Source: an uncultured bacterium (GTDB lineage: Bacteria; JAGOEH01). Taken from it: DNA of 64,000 bases. The notes under the pieces are model-generated. The model had not been told where the DNA came from, searched no databases, and saw nothing but the letters and a program-made list of their open reading frames with translations. Below are positions 19,901 to 29,714 of this stretch, one piece after another. Each line of letters begins with the position of its first letter. Positions within the stretch are counted from its first letter, which is position 1. The DNA lies in NCBI GenBank assembly GCA_964632485.1, contig CAZWDO010000014.1, positions 1 to 64,000 on the forward strand, given 5' to 3'. The position numbers and the translations under genes were made by a program.

Positions 19901-20223
19901 TGGAACGTACCAATCCATATCCTTCCGATCTTGTCTGTTAATAAGGCGGTTATATAGTTGTGAGTTAGGGTGCCAGCGCCGGAGCCGGTCTGGTTTTGTT
20001 TGTAAACAGTAAACTCATATCCGTCGTAACAATTGAGTCCATCTTCAGTGGCAAACCACATCCTGCCTTTTTTATCCTGGCAAATCGAGTAAACAATACT
20101 CTGTGATAGACCTTCGCGAAGCGATATATGATCAAATCGGAGGGGTAACACAGACTCAAAAGCTTTAGGGCGCAGTGCTCCAAGGGTCAGAAAGAGAATT
20201 AACCAAAGCGGGATACGATGAAT
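16960..20223 (-). CDS. Membrane sensor: two-component-regulator beta-propeller + Y_Y_Y domain + TM + SpoIIE/PP2C phosphatase
   Basis: Many D-x-x-G-x-LWIGT-x-GGL repeats, DGLQSNEFN, YTNLSPGHYLFRVKA, PPFWKT + TM, VGGDYYD, GDVAGHG, TDGLAE, DDIT. Start extended from GTG 20151 to ATT 20223 to include the signal peptide (see findings). Confidence 0.92.
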   Translation of the reverse strand: MHRIPLWLILFLTLGALRPKAFESVLPLRFDHISLREGLSQSIVYSICQDKKGRMWFATEDGLNCYDGYEFTVYKQNQTGSGAGTLTHNYITALLTDKIGRIWIGTFQGGLNCLDPSTGQFQSWQQTLNESGSLSNDNIRALYEDQNGSLWIGTDEGLNRWDPINRRFIVERYQRSASNSLTDNQITAITQDKEGNLWVGTRNGLNCRSSKTPGFKHYAIKNHLGGQKSQYITVLYTDQKGALWIGTTSGLYYLSIGNSQTALIVQIEANHTQPHIQAIVEDRRGNLWIGTNQQGIYRISPDRNKTIHIRSNSAEPHTLSHDGICALFIDKCEALWIGTYGGGINKADLKQKPFYHYTANPQKTQGLSHKIVWSFCEAKPGSLWVGTHDGLDLLNRWNGSYQHFRHNPTNLNSLSDNRVRLLMKDRQEFLWIGTNGGGLDRLDLQTFHWEHFKTDASDSGSLSHNEIRSLYQDQSGSIWIGTNGGGLNRLEPNNRTFTRYQTQSSHSSTSISNDYVRTILEDRNGRFWIGTQGGGLNLMDRKTGHFRAFRADPANPQALSNDYIFCIYEDRHGFLWIGTWGGGINRFDPQHETFLTFDVSKGLPGNAIYGILEDPNGLLWISTNHGIARFDPISERVTAFDESDGLQSNEFNGGSYYLSPSGEMFFGGINGFNAFFPEQIQTNRYPPEVIITSFRKMNKIIQLERPISELSHLTLNYKDYFFSFEFAALDFSFPTKNLYAYCLEGLDNEWIYTDSRQRIATYTNLSPGHYLFRVKACNNDGLWNETGTTLSITIIPPFWKTIWAYAAYIFFTISIIISFVRFKLEQTKRKAREHLQSVEFKRKSDELEHARTFQLSMLPEHPPILKNLEIRTFMQTATEVGGDYYDFFNLNAHRVAIVIGDVAGHGMASGLVVAQTKSILTSSLQFLKDNPEPAILLKHVNEIFYFLKIELGICLCIAIFDLETRELQICNSGLPFPYLFSIQSQKISMIESGGPPLGYFEQVNFQSLRVTLHPGEGILFLTDGLAEWMDENDHQFGYDQIAEIIQNHIHYSTSDLIQDLTDAGKEFSGRNIPDDDITLIMIKHSRS

Positions 20224-20274
20224 AAATTCCTGCCTTTATTGCGATTTTAGTTCAATTCAGTAGAGAATCAAATT

Positions 20275-20568
20275 TTAGTATTGAAAATTCTTTTGGAATA
20301 TCGCCCAGAATATACCGGCAAAAGCAATGAAGAATAGTACTGTCAGGATGATGGAGATCAATATAAAGAGAAGAGTCGCTTTAGCCCAATTTGCTTTATT
20401 GGGGTTGGCGGCTGTTCCAAATGCCCAGACAAAGAGCATAACAAGATTGACCAATGGGATGATCATGATGAGCATAGTAAAAACCCAATCCATAACAGAA
20501 ACAACGGGATGAAGCGATTGCTCTTGTCGGTTGGCGGGGCTGTTTTCATTCTGGGTGAAATCGTTCAT
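20275..20568 (-). CDS. Small conserved-type membrane protein
   Basis: 97 aa, VSVMDWVFTMLIMIIPLVNLVMLFVWAFG..NPNKANWAKATL with hydrophobic helices; AGAGG RBS. Confidence 0.8.
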   Translation of the reverse strand: MNDFTQNENSPANRQEQSLHPVVSVMDWVFTMLIMIIPLVNLVMLFVWAFGTAANPNKANWAKATLLFILISIILTVLFFIAFAGIFWAIFQKNFQY

Positions 20569-20912
20569 ATTAACCTCTCTTTAAATTATTGATGGTTATT
20601 CTTAATATAATCAATTAAAATTAAAAGTCAAATTTTAAAACTGTTTGCATTATCACCGACGGTTTTTATAAATTGATACTGTAGCTTAATTTGGATAGAA
20701 GTGATACCCGATTCTCAGATTGAACCATTGAATATGATGAAGCTGCTTCAAACAATAAATTGAAGTTTTTTAAAAAAGTAATAGACTTTTAATGCTTGAC
20801 AATTTTATCGAAAAGGGTTATTATAAATTTTGAAATTACAAGTGAAGTCTGATGAATAATTGAATGTCAACAATTTGTTGAGTGGTCTCATATAATGCAA
20901 GAGGAGGAGTAA

Positions 20913-22253
20913 TTGTTCCGATTTCGATTCTATAAAACTGTATGCTTAATATTATGGCTGATTATTTGGGCGCGATGTTCGGATGATTCAGAATCGGTTT
21001 TGCCACTTGAAGAAGCGTTAAAAATCTCAGTAGTCAGTGATTTGCACTATTATGCGCCTGAATTGGGTACCAGTGGAACGGCCTTTGAGTCTACTCTGGC
21101 CAGCGATCGTAAAATGTTGGCGGAAAGTGACGCTATCTGTGGAGCGCTGATCGATTCACTTATTCAGGCGGCTCCGACTCATCTCCTAATTTGCGGTGAT
21201 TTAACCAAGGATGGAGAAGAATTGTGCCATACTCGATTGATTGCTCATTTACAGCGTTTGGCGCTTGCCGGCATCCAGGTATGGGTTACACCGGGAAATC
21301 ATGATATCAACAATCCCTTAGCCAGTCGTTATGAAGGCGCGCAAAGATTGCCGGTCGCCAGCATTACTCCCGATCAGTTTGCCCGGCTCTACGAACCCTT
21401 TGGTTATAGCCAGGCCATCTGCCGCGATTCAGCATCATTGAGTTATCTGGCCGAACTTTCTGCCGATTTATGCCTTTTATCAATGGATGCCTGTCAGTAC
21501 CGCCAAAATGGTTCTTATCCCATTAGTCATGGCGCTTTGTCAGTGACGACTCGCAATTGGGCGGTTACACAACTGGATTCGCTGCATGCAATGGGTAAGA
21601 AGACTTGGGTGATGATGCATCATGGTTTGATTGAGCATTTCAATGGTCAAAAGCAGTATTTCGATGATTATGTGGTCGATGATGGAAATCTCCTGGCCAA
21701 TGAATGGGCAGAGCGGGGTGTTGGTGTGGTTTTTACCGGCCATTTCCATGCCCAGGATGTCGTCCAAATGGTAACCGCAAGCAATTCTTTGATTTATGAT
21801 GTTGAAACCGGTTCTCTGGTTACCTGGCCCTGCCCCTTTCGACATTTGGAATACTACTCTGAAACCGGTGAAATCAAAATTGAAACTCATCGCATCCAAC
21901 AAATCTCGCAATCCGTTCCAGGAAATTCTTTTCCTGAATACGCGGAACAGTTTTTAGTGCAGGGAATCACCGAATTGGGTGAACGTATCCTGCTGGATGA
22001 TTATCAAATGGATTCTGCGTTAGTGGAACAGATGCTGCCCATGATTGGCAAAACCTTAAAAGCGCATTTTCAGGGGGACGAATCAGCGGACCTGACAACT
22101 ATCACCTTTATTCTCGGTTTGAAACTATACCCGGACCCGCGGGCAGGGGAAGCGGCCGCGATTCTGGAAGCTCTTTGGTATGATCCGCCACCGGCTGATA
22201 ATAGTTTAATCATTCTGGGCTTAGCGCGATCAACTCCGTTTCGGGGAATTTAA
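20913..22253 (+). CDS. Exported calcineurin-like metallophosphoesterase
   Basis: TTG after GAGGAGGAG; SDLHY, GDLTKDG, PGNHD, MHH, TGHFH; lipoprotein-like N-terminus (WARCS). Confidence 0.9.
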   Translation: MFRFRFYKTVCLILWLIIWARCSDDSESVLPLEEALKISVVSDLHYYAPELGTSGTAFESTLASDRKMLAESDAICGALIDSLIQAAPTHLLICGDLTKDGEELCHTRLIAHLQRLALAGIQVWVTPGNHDINNPLASRYEGAQRLPVASITPDQFARLYEPFGYSQAICRDSASLSYLAELSADLCLLSMDACQYRQNGSYPISHGALSVTTRNWAVTQLDSLHAMGKKTWVMMHHGLIEHFNGQKQYFDDYVVDDGNLLANEWAERGVGVVFTGHFHAQDVVQMVTASNSLIYDVETGSLVTWPCPFRHLEYYSETGEIKIETHRIQQISQSVPGNSFPEYAEQFLVQGITELGERILLDDYQMDSALVEQMLPMIGKTLKAHFQGDESADLTTITFILGLKLYPDPRAGEAAAILEALWYDPPPADNSLIILGLARSTPFRGI

Positions 22254-22379
22254 GCGGGAACCGGATCCGTGATGATATTAGATCCCGCGGTTTTATCCGT
22301 TCGACCAGCCTGCAGGTATTCCGATATTTTGCGGAGAAACTCTTTTTATTTAAAAATGTTGGGGAGATATCCGGAGGGT

Positions 22380-23549
22380 TTAGAGAATTTTTTGGTAGAT
22401 TCCGTATTCGCGGCTCAAATGGCCTCCCATGAAATCAGTGGCTTTCAAAATGGCTGTGTTGTCTTCCAGTACCCAACCGATATCACAACTTTCATAGCCC
22501 TGTTGCTGGGTATATGCTTTTGCTTCGTATAAAAGAATTGCATCCAGTCCGATGCGCCGGTATTTGGGTTTAATGCCAAAATAGCCCTGCCGAAAGGTTT
22601 TAATGCGATGTTTAGTCAGAAGCATCTTAACAGCCCGAATTATATCCAACCGACGGAAAGCGTAATTGGGTTTCATTCGCTCGAAAATATTGGGTACTGA
22701 ACCAAAAAAGGCCGCAGGTTGCTCGTCGACAAAGGCAAAAAGAAACATGGCGGGATCCCAGATCAACATCATATCCTCAATATTGCGGAATAATTCGTTC
22801 CGGGTGAAAGGTACAAATCCCCAATTGTTGTCCCAGGCTTCGTTATAAATTTCAAACATATACTCGCGAAATTCTTTGATATTCCTCCGGGTGAAAGGTT
22901 CAATCCGGATATTGTAACGCTGTCGTAACCTGGCAGTTACTTCTTTGAGTTCGGCTGCGATAGGTGTTTGAACCGGAACTTTAAAACCCATAACGCGTTT
23001 GGCCAATTGCATTCCGTTTTCAACTAATAATTTTTGATAATATGGGTGATTGTAATGATAATATACCATCGGAATCGCATCGAATCCATCGATTAAAATT
23101 CCGGGTGTTGCCTCGTTGATGGGTAGATTTTGCGGACCTCTTAACGTATCCATCCCCTGTTCGCGAAGCCATTGCCCGGCAGTTGACAACAGCTTATTCG
23201 CCACTTCCTGATCCTCTATGCATTCAAAAAATCCGAAGAATCCAACGTGATCATGCCAATGCTGATTATGATGATCATTGGTAAAAACCATGGTTCGCCC
23301 CACGACTTCCCGATCGCGGTAGGCAGTGAGAAAACATACTTTGCCATGTTGAAAGAGGGAATAGGACGGCTCAAAAAAACCCCGCATCCCCACTATTTTC
23401 AATCCCAAAAATTCTATATTTAATAAAGGGATGAAACGAGGTTCATGACGATAATGGCGCCAATGAAAACTCACAAATTCCCGGATGTGATGGGAAAAAT
23501 CGCTGTGAGTATGGTCAAATTTTCGGATTTCAATGGATGATGGGCTCAT
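22380..23549 (-). CDS. GNAT-fold N-acetyltransferase (YghO-like)
   Basis: VGFFGFFEC, YNHPYY, YNEAWDNNWGFVP, GIKPKYRRIGLD, WVLEDN. Confidence 0.82.
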   Translation of the reverse strand: MSPSSIEIRKFDHTHSDFSHHIREFVSFHWRHYRHEPRFIPLLNIEFLGLKIVGMRGFFEPSYSLFQHGKVCFLTAYRDREVVGRTMVFTNDHHNQHWHDHVGFFGFFECIEDQEVANKLLSTAGQWLREQGMDTLRGPQNLPINEATPGILIDGFDAIPMVYYHYNHPYYQKLLVENGMQLAKRVMGFKVPVQTPIAAELKEVTARLRQRYNIRIEPFTRRNIKEFREYMFEIYNEAWDNNWGFVPFTRNELFRNIEDMMLIWDPAMFLFAFVDEQPAAFFGSVPNIFERMKPNYAFRRLDIIRAVKMLLTKHRIKTFRQGYFGIKPKYRRIGLDAILLYEAKAYTQQQGYESCDIGWVLEDNTAILKATDFMGGHLSREYGIYQKIL

Positions 23550-23811
23550 ATCTCTCCTTTTCTAATTATATCGATACAATAATTAAAATTGAAAAAATTG
23601 TCAAGGATAAAAATCGATTTCTTCCATTATGATGAGTTTTCTATTGACATTGAAAATTTTATAATGTATATATGTAATAGAAAAAAGAGTTGCCAGTAAG
23701 AAATTATAACCGAGCTCCGGGAGCATTTTCAATAAGTGAAATTAAATTTTTCAAGAATAATCGCTGGGGTATGAGATCAATAATGACATTAAATGAAGAT
23801 AGGGAATACCG

Positions 23812-25785
23812 ATGCCAATGTCTTTTCATTTAGTCGGGTTATCGCATCATGAACTGATTCCTCTCCAGGATTATCTGGAAAATTTGGGAGTGACACTCAA
23901 TCATACCGTTACTTATTTGCCAGAATTGGAACAGGTGTTTGATTTGCAGGCGCCGGCATTCCTATTGATTGAACATGGAATCTACAATGGAGTATCATCT
24001 CTGGAGTGGATCCATGCTATGAATCGGCGATTTGATTTGTATATTATCTATATTTTACCAGCGGAGGAAATCCATAATTGTTTGACAATCCTGAAAAATG
24101 TCAATCTGTATGGTTTACTATCTTTTCCCCTGACGCCCAATCAAATTGAATCCGTGATCGAAGTCGCATTGGCGAGATATCAGAGAGTTTCCCGTTTGTA
24201 CGAAGAGGAACGGAAGTATCGGACGATTTTTGATCATTCGGATTTGGGTATTTCACTAATCAATGAGGAAGGCATTACGCTGGAATGGAACCGGGCTATG
24301 GAGCAGATTACCGGGCTGAATCGCAATGATGCGCTGGGTAATTATGCCTGGGATATTCATGAAATGCTCATACCTGAACTGCGGGACAATCCAGCCAGAA
24401 TGGAACTCAGCCGGCGCCGAATTCAAAATGTCCTACAGACAGGGTTACTTCAACACCAGGAAGCGGTCGAACTGGAATTCACGACTATTGGGGGAGAAGT
24501 AAAATTTGTTGAGTTTTCTATGTATCTGATTCCAACCGACCGTGGATTTATGGCGAGTCAGCTTATCAAAGATATCAGTGAACGAAAGAAACGCGAGACT
24601 GAGATAGGCGAAATAATCAAACATTTAAAAGTCAGCGCGGTTATGACGGATCGGTTTATGCGTACAACGGCATTTAAAGATGCTTTTTCTGCTATCAATT
24701 TGTTCGTTCAGGAACAGGGAGATGCCGATTTCGTGTTCATATCCCGTTATGATGCCCGGCAAAATTCTTTTGAAGTTGTGTGTTTGAATGGCCTGGATGA
24801 ATATAAAGCCCAAATGGAAACCATTCTGGGTCAGCCAATGGATCACTTAGTGTTTCATTATCACCCAGTCTCTTCACGATATCATTCCGGAGTGTCCGCG
24901 CCGAACCCACTCTTTTCTGTACCTCAGGGACTGGACGGGCTCTTTAAGGAGTTTTTTCCAGCTTCTTCCATTTGCGCTATTTCCGATCTGATAGGGTTGC
25001 ACCAGTTGTACGCACTGGATTTTTCATCTCATGACTTTTCTTTTGGAACAATTTTTGTTGGGTTTAAACAGGGCAATATACTGCGCCATAAAAATTTGCT
25101 GGAATCGGTATTGAATCAGGCGGCTATTTTACTGCAACGCTTGAGCGCCGAGGAGAAGTTGGCCAATGCCCTTAAAGAAAAAGAGTTCCTGATTCATGAG
25201 ATACATCACCGCGTAAAGAATAACTTCAATACGGTTATGAATCTTTTAGCATTGCAGGGAGCGGATAGCGAGAATCTTGAATTTCGGCATCTCGTTGACG
25301 AAGCGCAAAATAGAATCCGCTCAATCTCTCAAATTTATGAAAACCTCTACCGCCAGGAATCTTTTCAAAAACTTGATTTTAAAGTTTATCTCACCCAATG
25401 GCTGCCTCAGTTGGTGAATTCCCTTACTGCATATCCGATCGAATTTATCATGGAAATTGACTCAATTGAAATATCCGTAAAATTGGCAATGCCATGTGGC
25501 CTGATTATTAATGAATTGGTGACTAATTGCCTTAAATATGCTTTCCCCCGAACGATGCAATTCAACAATCCTGCGCTTAAAGTCTCTTTTCAACATATTG
25601 CTGATGGCTGGGCTGAACTCATTGTGGCGGATAATGGAATCGGTTTTTCTCCCGACTTTGCTTCCACTCCGCCAATTTCTTTCGGAATTCGATTGATTAG
25701 GGGTTTAACGGAACAGTTGAAAGGAAAAGTTGAATGGAGCAGACAAAATGGGACTTTAGTAACCGTCCGTTTTCCAATCAGATAA
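23812..25785 (+). CDS. Cytoplasmic sensor histidine kinase: degenerate receiver + PAS + GAF-like + HisKA_2/HATPase
   Basis: EIHHRVKNN H-box, GLIINELVTNCLKYAF N-box, VADNGIG; PAS EWNRAMEQITGLNRNDALG; no TM segment seen. Confidence 0.9.
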   Translation: MPMSFHLVGLSHHELIPLQDYLENLGVTLNHTVTYLPELEQVFDLQAPAFLLIEHGIYNGVSSLEWIHAMNRRFDLYIIYILPAEEIHNCLTILKNVNLYGLLSFPLTPNQIESVIEVALARYQRVSRLYEEERKYRTIFDHSDLGISLINEEGITLEWNRAMEQITGLNRNDALGNYAWDIHEMLIPELRDNPARMELSRRRIQNVLQTGLLQHQEAVELEFTTIGGEVKFVEFSMYLIPTDRGFMASQLIKDISERKKRETEIGEIIKHLKVSAVMTDRFMRTTAFKDAFSAINLFVQEQGDADFVFISRYDARQNSFEVVCLNGLDEYKAQMETILGQPMDHLVFHYHPVSSRYHSGVSAPNPLFSVPQGLDGLFKEFFPASSICAISDLIGLHQLYALDFSSHDFSFGTIFVGFKQGNILRHKNLLESVLNQAAILLQRLSAEEKLANALKEKEFLIHEIHHRVKNNFNTVMNLLALQGADSENLEFRHLVDEAQNRIRSISQIYENLYRQESFQKLDFKVYLTQWLPQLVNSLTAYPIEFIMEIDSIEISVKLAMPCGLIINELVTNCLKYAFPRTMQFNNPALKVSFQHIADGWAELIVADNGIGFSPDFASTPPISFGIRLIRGLTEQLKGKVEWSRQNGTLVTVRFPIR

Positions 25786-25870
25786 ACGATCATTTTTTTA
25801 GGGAACCTATTTTGGGTATCATAGTTTAATATTTAGTTGTCAGTATCAAATAAAATATCAAGGAGTGATG

Positions 25871-26350
25871 ATGAAAAACTACTATTTTCTAGCATTATTA
25901 GTTTTGCTACCTGTTCTGGGTATGGCTGATTGGCTAAGTTTTGATGAAGGTTTGGCATTAGCTGGTAAAAAAAATAAGTTAATGATGGTGGATTTCTACA
26001 CTGATTGGTGCGGCTGGTGCAAACGTCTGGATAAGGAAACGTTTCAAAATCCGGAGGTTAAAGCCTATTTGGATAAACATTTTGTAACGGTTAAATTAAA
26101 TGCGGAAGATGTTAATCAGAATTTACATTTTGATAATCGCAATTTTACGAATCGCCAGTTTACTTCGGCCATGGGCATTCGCGGGTTCCCGGCAGTGGCT
26201 TTTTTTGATGCAGACGGCAAGGTTTTAACTCTATTACCTGGATTTGCGCCAGCGGCCGATTTTATGTTGGTTTTAAAATATTTCCATGAAGGCCATTATA
26301 AAAAGAATATCAGTTTTGAAGATTACCGTAAGAAAATGGGTAAAAGCTGA
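25871..26350 (+). CDS. Exported thioredoxin-fold protein (SoxW/DUF255-like)
   Basis: Signal peptide; VDFYTDWCGWCKRL, IRGFPAVAF; ATG 25871 is best spaced from AAGGAG. Confidence 0.88.
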   Translation: MKNYYFLALLVLLPVLGMADWLSFDEGLALAGKKNKLMMVDFYTDWCGWCKRLDKETFQNPEVKAYLDKHFVTVKLNAEDVNQNLHFDNRNFTNRQFTSAMGIRGFPAVAFFDADGKVLTLLPGFAPAADFMLVLKYFHEGHYKKNISFEDYRKKMGKS

Positions 26351-27313
26351 TTAATTAACGTCCAGTACCTGGCCATCATAGGCCGTGATCACTTTTAGAT
26401 TATTTCCCGGCGCTCGAAGTTGCAGGTAATTGATGGCGCTATGATGGATTTCATGTATTTTTTTATCGCTATATGAGGGTTCATGATGGAAAATGACCAG
26501 GCATTTGACATTACTTTTTAGCGCCACATCGACACCGATAATAGCCGAGCTATGTCCCCAATCTTCTTTGATAACGTATTCGGGAACGGTGTACATGGAA
26601 TCGTATATCAGATATTCCGCTTCCTTGAAAAAATCGAAAAAGGGGCGGAGGGTTTTGTCGCTAAAATCTCTGAATTCTAAGTCAGTGGCATAGACGATCG
26701 ATTTGTTATTCATTGTAATACGATAGCTGAAACATCCTCCGGGATGGGGTACACGAATTAAATCAATTTGATAATTACCAATTTTGTAGTGTTCTTCCGG
26801 ATTTATCTGGACGAAATCGATTTCTGCTGGAAGTTTATCGAAAGCTACGGGGAAGTTGTGGGAATTTTGTTGTTGGCGAAATGAATCTTCGAGGTTGGAA
26901 TGGCCTCCGTAGATAGTCATTCGCGTTGTTTTTTGAAAAATTGGGGTAAAAAAAGGGAATCCCTGGATATGGTCCCAATGCAGATGGCTCAGGAACAGAT
27001 GGATATGGTGATCGGGAGTCAGCGTATGAGCCAGCCGAGCTCCCAATTCACGGATTCCGCTACCGGCATCAAAGATTATCAGGTTGTTATCCGTATGGTT
27101 TTGAATTTGCATGCATGGGGTATTGCCATGATAGGTTCCCTTTAAATAAAATGGCAATTCGTTGATAAAGCAGCCTATTTCATCTCGATTGGTCAGTTTT
27201 ACCTCACTGGCTCGAAGTAAAATTTCCCATAAACGATGTTGCAGTTCGTCACTGGTCAGGGGAGTTGCAATGGATCCTGTGCATCCCCAGATAACAGCCT
27301 TGAAGAGAGACAT
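26351..27313 (-). CDS. Metallo-beta-lactamase-fold hydrolase (phosphodiesterase-like)
   Basis: WGCTGSIATP, GNTPC, FDAGSG, SHLHWDHIQGFPFF, HPGG, YATDLE, WGHSS, FHHEP; ATG 27313 follows GAAAGGGG. Confidence 0.9.
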   Translation of the reverse strand: MSLFKAVIWGCTGSIATPLTSDELQHRLWEILLRASEVKLTNRDEIGCFINELPFYLKGTYHGNTPCMQIQNHTDNNLIIFDAGSGIRELGARLAHTLTPDHHIHLFLSHLHWDHIQGFPFFTPIFQKTTRMTIYGGHSNLEDSFRQQQNSHNFPVAFDKLPAEIDFVQINPEEHYKIGNYQIDLIRVPHPGGCFSYRITMNNKSIVYATDLEFRDFSDKTLRPFFDFFKEAEYLIYDSMYTVPEYVIKEDWGHSSAIIGVDVALKSNVKCLVIFHHEPSYSDKKIHEIHHSAINYLQLRAPGNNLKVITAYDGQVLDVN

Positions 27314-27392
27314 AAAGCCCCTTTCGTGGATTATATTCAATTCGATGGCATATTAATAATATATCCATTTTTTTTCCCAAGTCAATTTTTTT

Positions 27393-29708
27393 TTATTCAA
27401 TAAAAATTTTTATTTGGTGGCTTCGACCGGCATTGTCGATACACTGTACCGTATGAGATCCACGTTGGGGCGGCCAGAAAAAGCGTTCAGTTGGGGCCCC
27501 GTGAAAAACGGCTTTTTGGTCAACCAACCAATAGATTGTATGGATTGATTGGTGGACCTGCGCTTGAAATAGTATTTTTTGGTAGTCGAGTGGTTGGTGA
27601 GAGCGTAGAATATAATGGGAATTGGCCGGGGGCGAGAGTATCCGGGGGGGAGGGGTCTGGGAAACCCGGGGGCATTGGGGATTATGAATGGGAACGGGAG
27701 ATAAGGTATATCCCATGCCCCGCATCCAGGATGCTATGTCCGGCGGATAGATTAAAAGCGTTTTTTCAATAGTTTCTCTGCTATCCCGGCAAAGAGGGCA
27801 TAATGCAAATCCCGTTTTTTTATCGATTTCATAATGCTGATGCCAATCGCAGGGTGTCGCCGGGCTGATTCCAGGCAGATAATATTCTTGAATCGTATGA
27901 GGGCACCAGGGTCCGGGAATAAGTCCGCTGACTGCGCAAACCTCCCTGCGCTGGAGACTGTCGGGGATTGTAAACCAATCATAATCAGTGGGTTGGATAA
28001 TACTTTGAAAGACATCGAACATAATGGGAGCGGCCAGGGAAACACCGACTAATGCTTGCGATGGTGTGCCGTCAGAATTTCCCACCCAAACTCCGACGGT
28101 GTAATGGGGATTGAAACCGATGCTCCAGGCATCTTTATGCCCATAGGAGGTTCCGGTTTTCCAGGCGATCTTGGGGCGATTGACTGCCATCTCCCAGACA
28201 GCCGGTAAATCTGGACGCTTCAATTCACTCAAAATGTCTGCGATCACCCAGGCGATTCCCTGAGGAAGCGCAGCCAGCAGGGAGGAGTTCGGTTCTCCAG
28301 CTTCCCAGCGAAGGGTGTAAAATCTCCCTCCGTTGGCCAATCCGCTATAGAGATTGCTCAGCTCTAACAGGGTGATATCAGCTCCCCCCAGGGCAATTGA
28401 AAGCCCATAATGTGAATAGGGCTTGTTCCAACTGCTAACCCCGGCTTTTTTTAAAAATGTATAGAGTCCCCATTCACCCAATCTGGCGGTTAAATTTACC
28501 GCCGGTACGTTCAGTGAGCGGATCAATGCATCTTTAAGGCTGACTGCTCCATTGAATGAGCCGTCAAAATTTTGGGGTTCATACGAACCGTAGCGAATGG
28601 GGACGTCAGGCATCGTCTGGTGAGTCCAGGTCAATCCCTTCGCCATTGCCAGCGCATAGATAAAAGGTTTGAGAGTCGAGCCGGGGGAGCGCCAGGCCAG
28701 CGCGCCATTGACTTGTCCCGCATGGCGTGTGTCGAAAAAATCGGCCGATCCGACCAGCGCTCGTAAGGAATGGTCCCGATTATCGATAACCACAATCGCG
28801 GTGTTAGCGACATCCACCGGGAAAATTTCCCGGGCATAGTTCTTTGCGATGGATTCGATTTTTTTCTGAATGTTGAGATCAATGGCGCTTTGAATCGGAT
28901 TGCTATACCTGTGGCGCTGTCTAAAATAGAAATCAGTAAGGTGGGGCGCTTCAAAGGGGGGAGCCGCGCGGATTCCCGGAAGTTTTTCAGCCTGAGCGCG
29001 GTCCGTATTGACTCCCGCGATCGATCGATAGCGCTTTAGAAATTGGGCGCGTTTGAGCGTTAATGCGGCAGGATACACGTCCGCTCGGAGTTGATTGGGA
29101 TTTTGCGGTATTAAAGTCAATGCGGCGGCTTCGCCTAAACTTAGACGCAATGGGGGTTTTTGGAAATAAGCATACGCGGCTGAGCCGCACCCTACCAAAT
29201 TCCCACCATAAGGCGCCAGATTAAGATATAAATTAAGTATGCCTTCTTTGGAAAAGTGTAATTCTAATTGTATCGCGCGGATAATCTCGATGCACTTGTT
29301 GAAATATGTGCGCGGTTTCGGTTCCATCAACCTGGCTACCTGCATCGTGATCGTGGATCCGCCCTGTACGATCCGGGCAGCTTTGATATTGAACACCAGC
29401 GCTCTTAGTAATGACCAGGGATTGAACCCCGGGTGGCAATAAAACCAGCGATCCTCATACAAGATCACGCAGCGTTTTAAATAAGCGGATATTTCTTGCG
29501 CATCATTCCAAAAACGCAGCATTCCATCTTCTGCCAGAAATATCCTCAGTACCTGTCCATTACAATCCCTTACCACTAACGATTTCGGCGGATTTAATCC
29601 CTGGGCGGGTAATGGAAAAAAAACGTCCAACAGGAAAATCGCCATTCCCGTTAACAATAATGCTAAGAGGATTTTTGTTAGTGTCTTTCCGGATAGTTTT
29701 ATTCTCAT
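27393..29708 (-). CDS. pbpC: Penicillin-binding protein 1C
   Basis: Transglycosylase YEDRWFY.HPG, GGSTITMQVARL, YLNLAPYGGN; transpeptidase SPGSTLKPF, SLN, KTGTSYG; Cys-rich BiPBP_C-type tail. Confidence 0.95.
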   Translation of the reverse strand: MRIKLSGKTLTKILLALLLTGMAIFLLDVFFPLPAQGLNPPKSLVVRDCNGQVLRIFLAEDGMLRFWNDAQEISAYLKRCVILYEDRWFYCHPGFNPWSLLRALVFNIKAARIVQGGSTITMQVARLMEPKPRTYFNKCIEIIRAIQLELHFSKEGILNLYLNLAPYGGNLVGCGSAAYAYFQKPPLRLSLGEAAALTLIPQNPNQLRADVYPAALTLKRAQFLKRYRSIAGVNTDRAQAEKLPGIRAAPPFEAPHLTDFYFRQRHRYSNPIQSAIDLNIQKKIESIAKNYAREIFPVDVANTAIVVIDNRDHSLRALVGSADFFDTRHAGQVNGALAWRSPGSTLKPFIYALAMAKGLTWTHQTMPDVPIRYGSYEPQNFDGSFNGAVSLKDALIRSLNVPAVNLTARLGEWGLYTFLKKAGVSSWNKPYSHYGLSIALGGADITLLELSNLYSGLANGGRFYTLRWEAGEPNSSLLAALPQGIAWVIADILSELKRPDLPAVWEMAVNRPKIAWKTGTSYGHKDAWSIGFNPHYTVGVWVGNSDGTPSQALVGVSLAAPIMFDVFQSIIQPTDYDWFTIPDSLQRREVCAVSGLIPGPWCPHTIQEYYLPGISPATPCDWHQHYEIDKKTGFALCPLCRDSRETIEKTLLIYPPDIASWMRGMGYTLSPVPIHNPQCPRVSQTPPPRILSPPANSHYILRSHQPLDYQKILFQAQVHQSIHTIYWLVDQKAVFHGAPTERFFWPPQRGSHTVQCIDNAGRSHQIKIFIE

Positions 29709-29714
29709 TACAGG

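Noticed and set aside
16960..20151. Recurring ATCCA/ACCCA-type motifs in the propeller genes as a CRISPR or DNA repeat array
   Set aside because: They are codons of the LWIGT protein repeats; the DNA copies are not identical and lie inside long ORFs.
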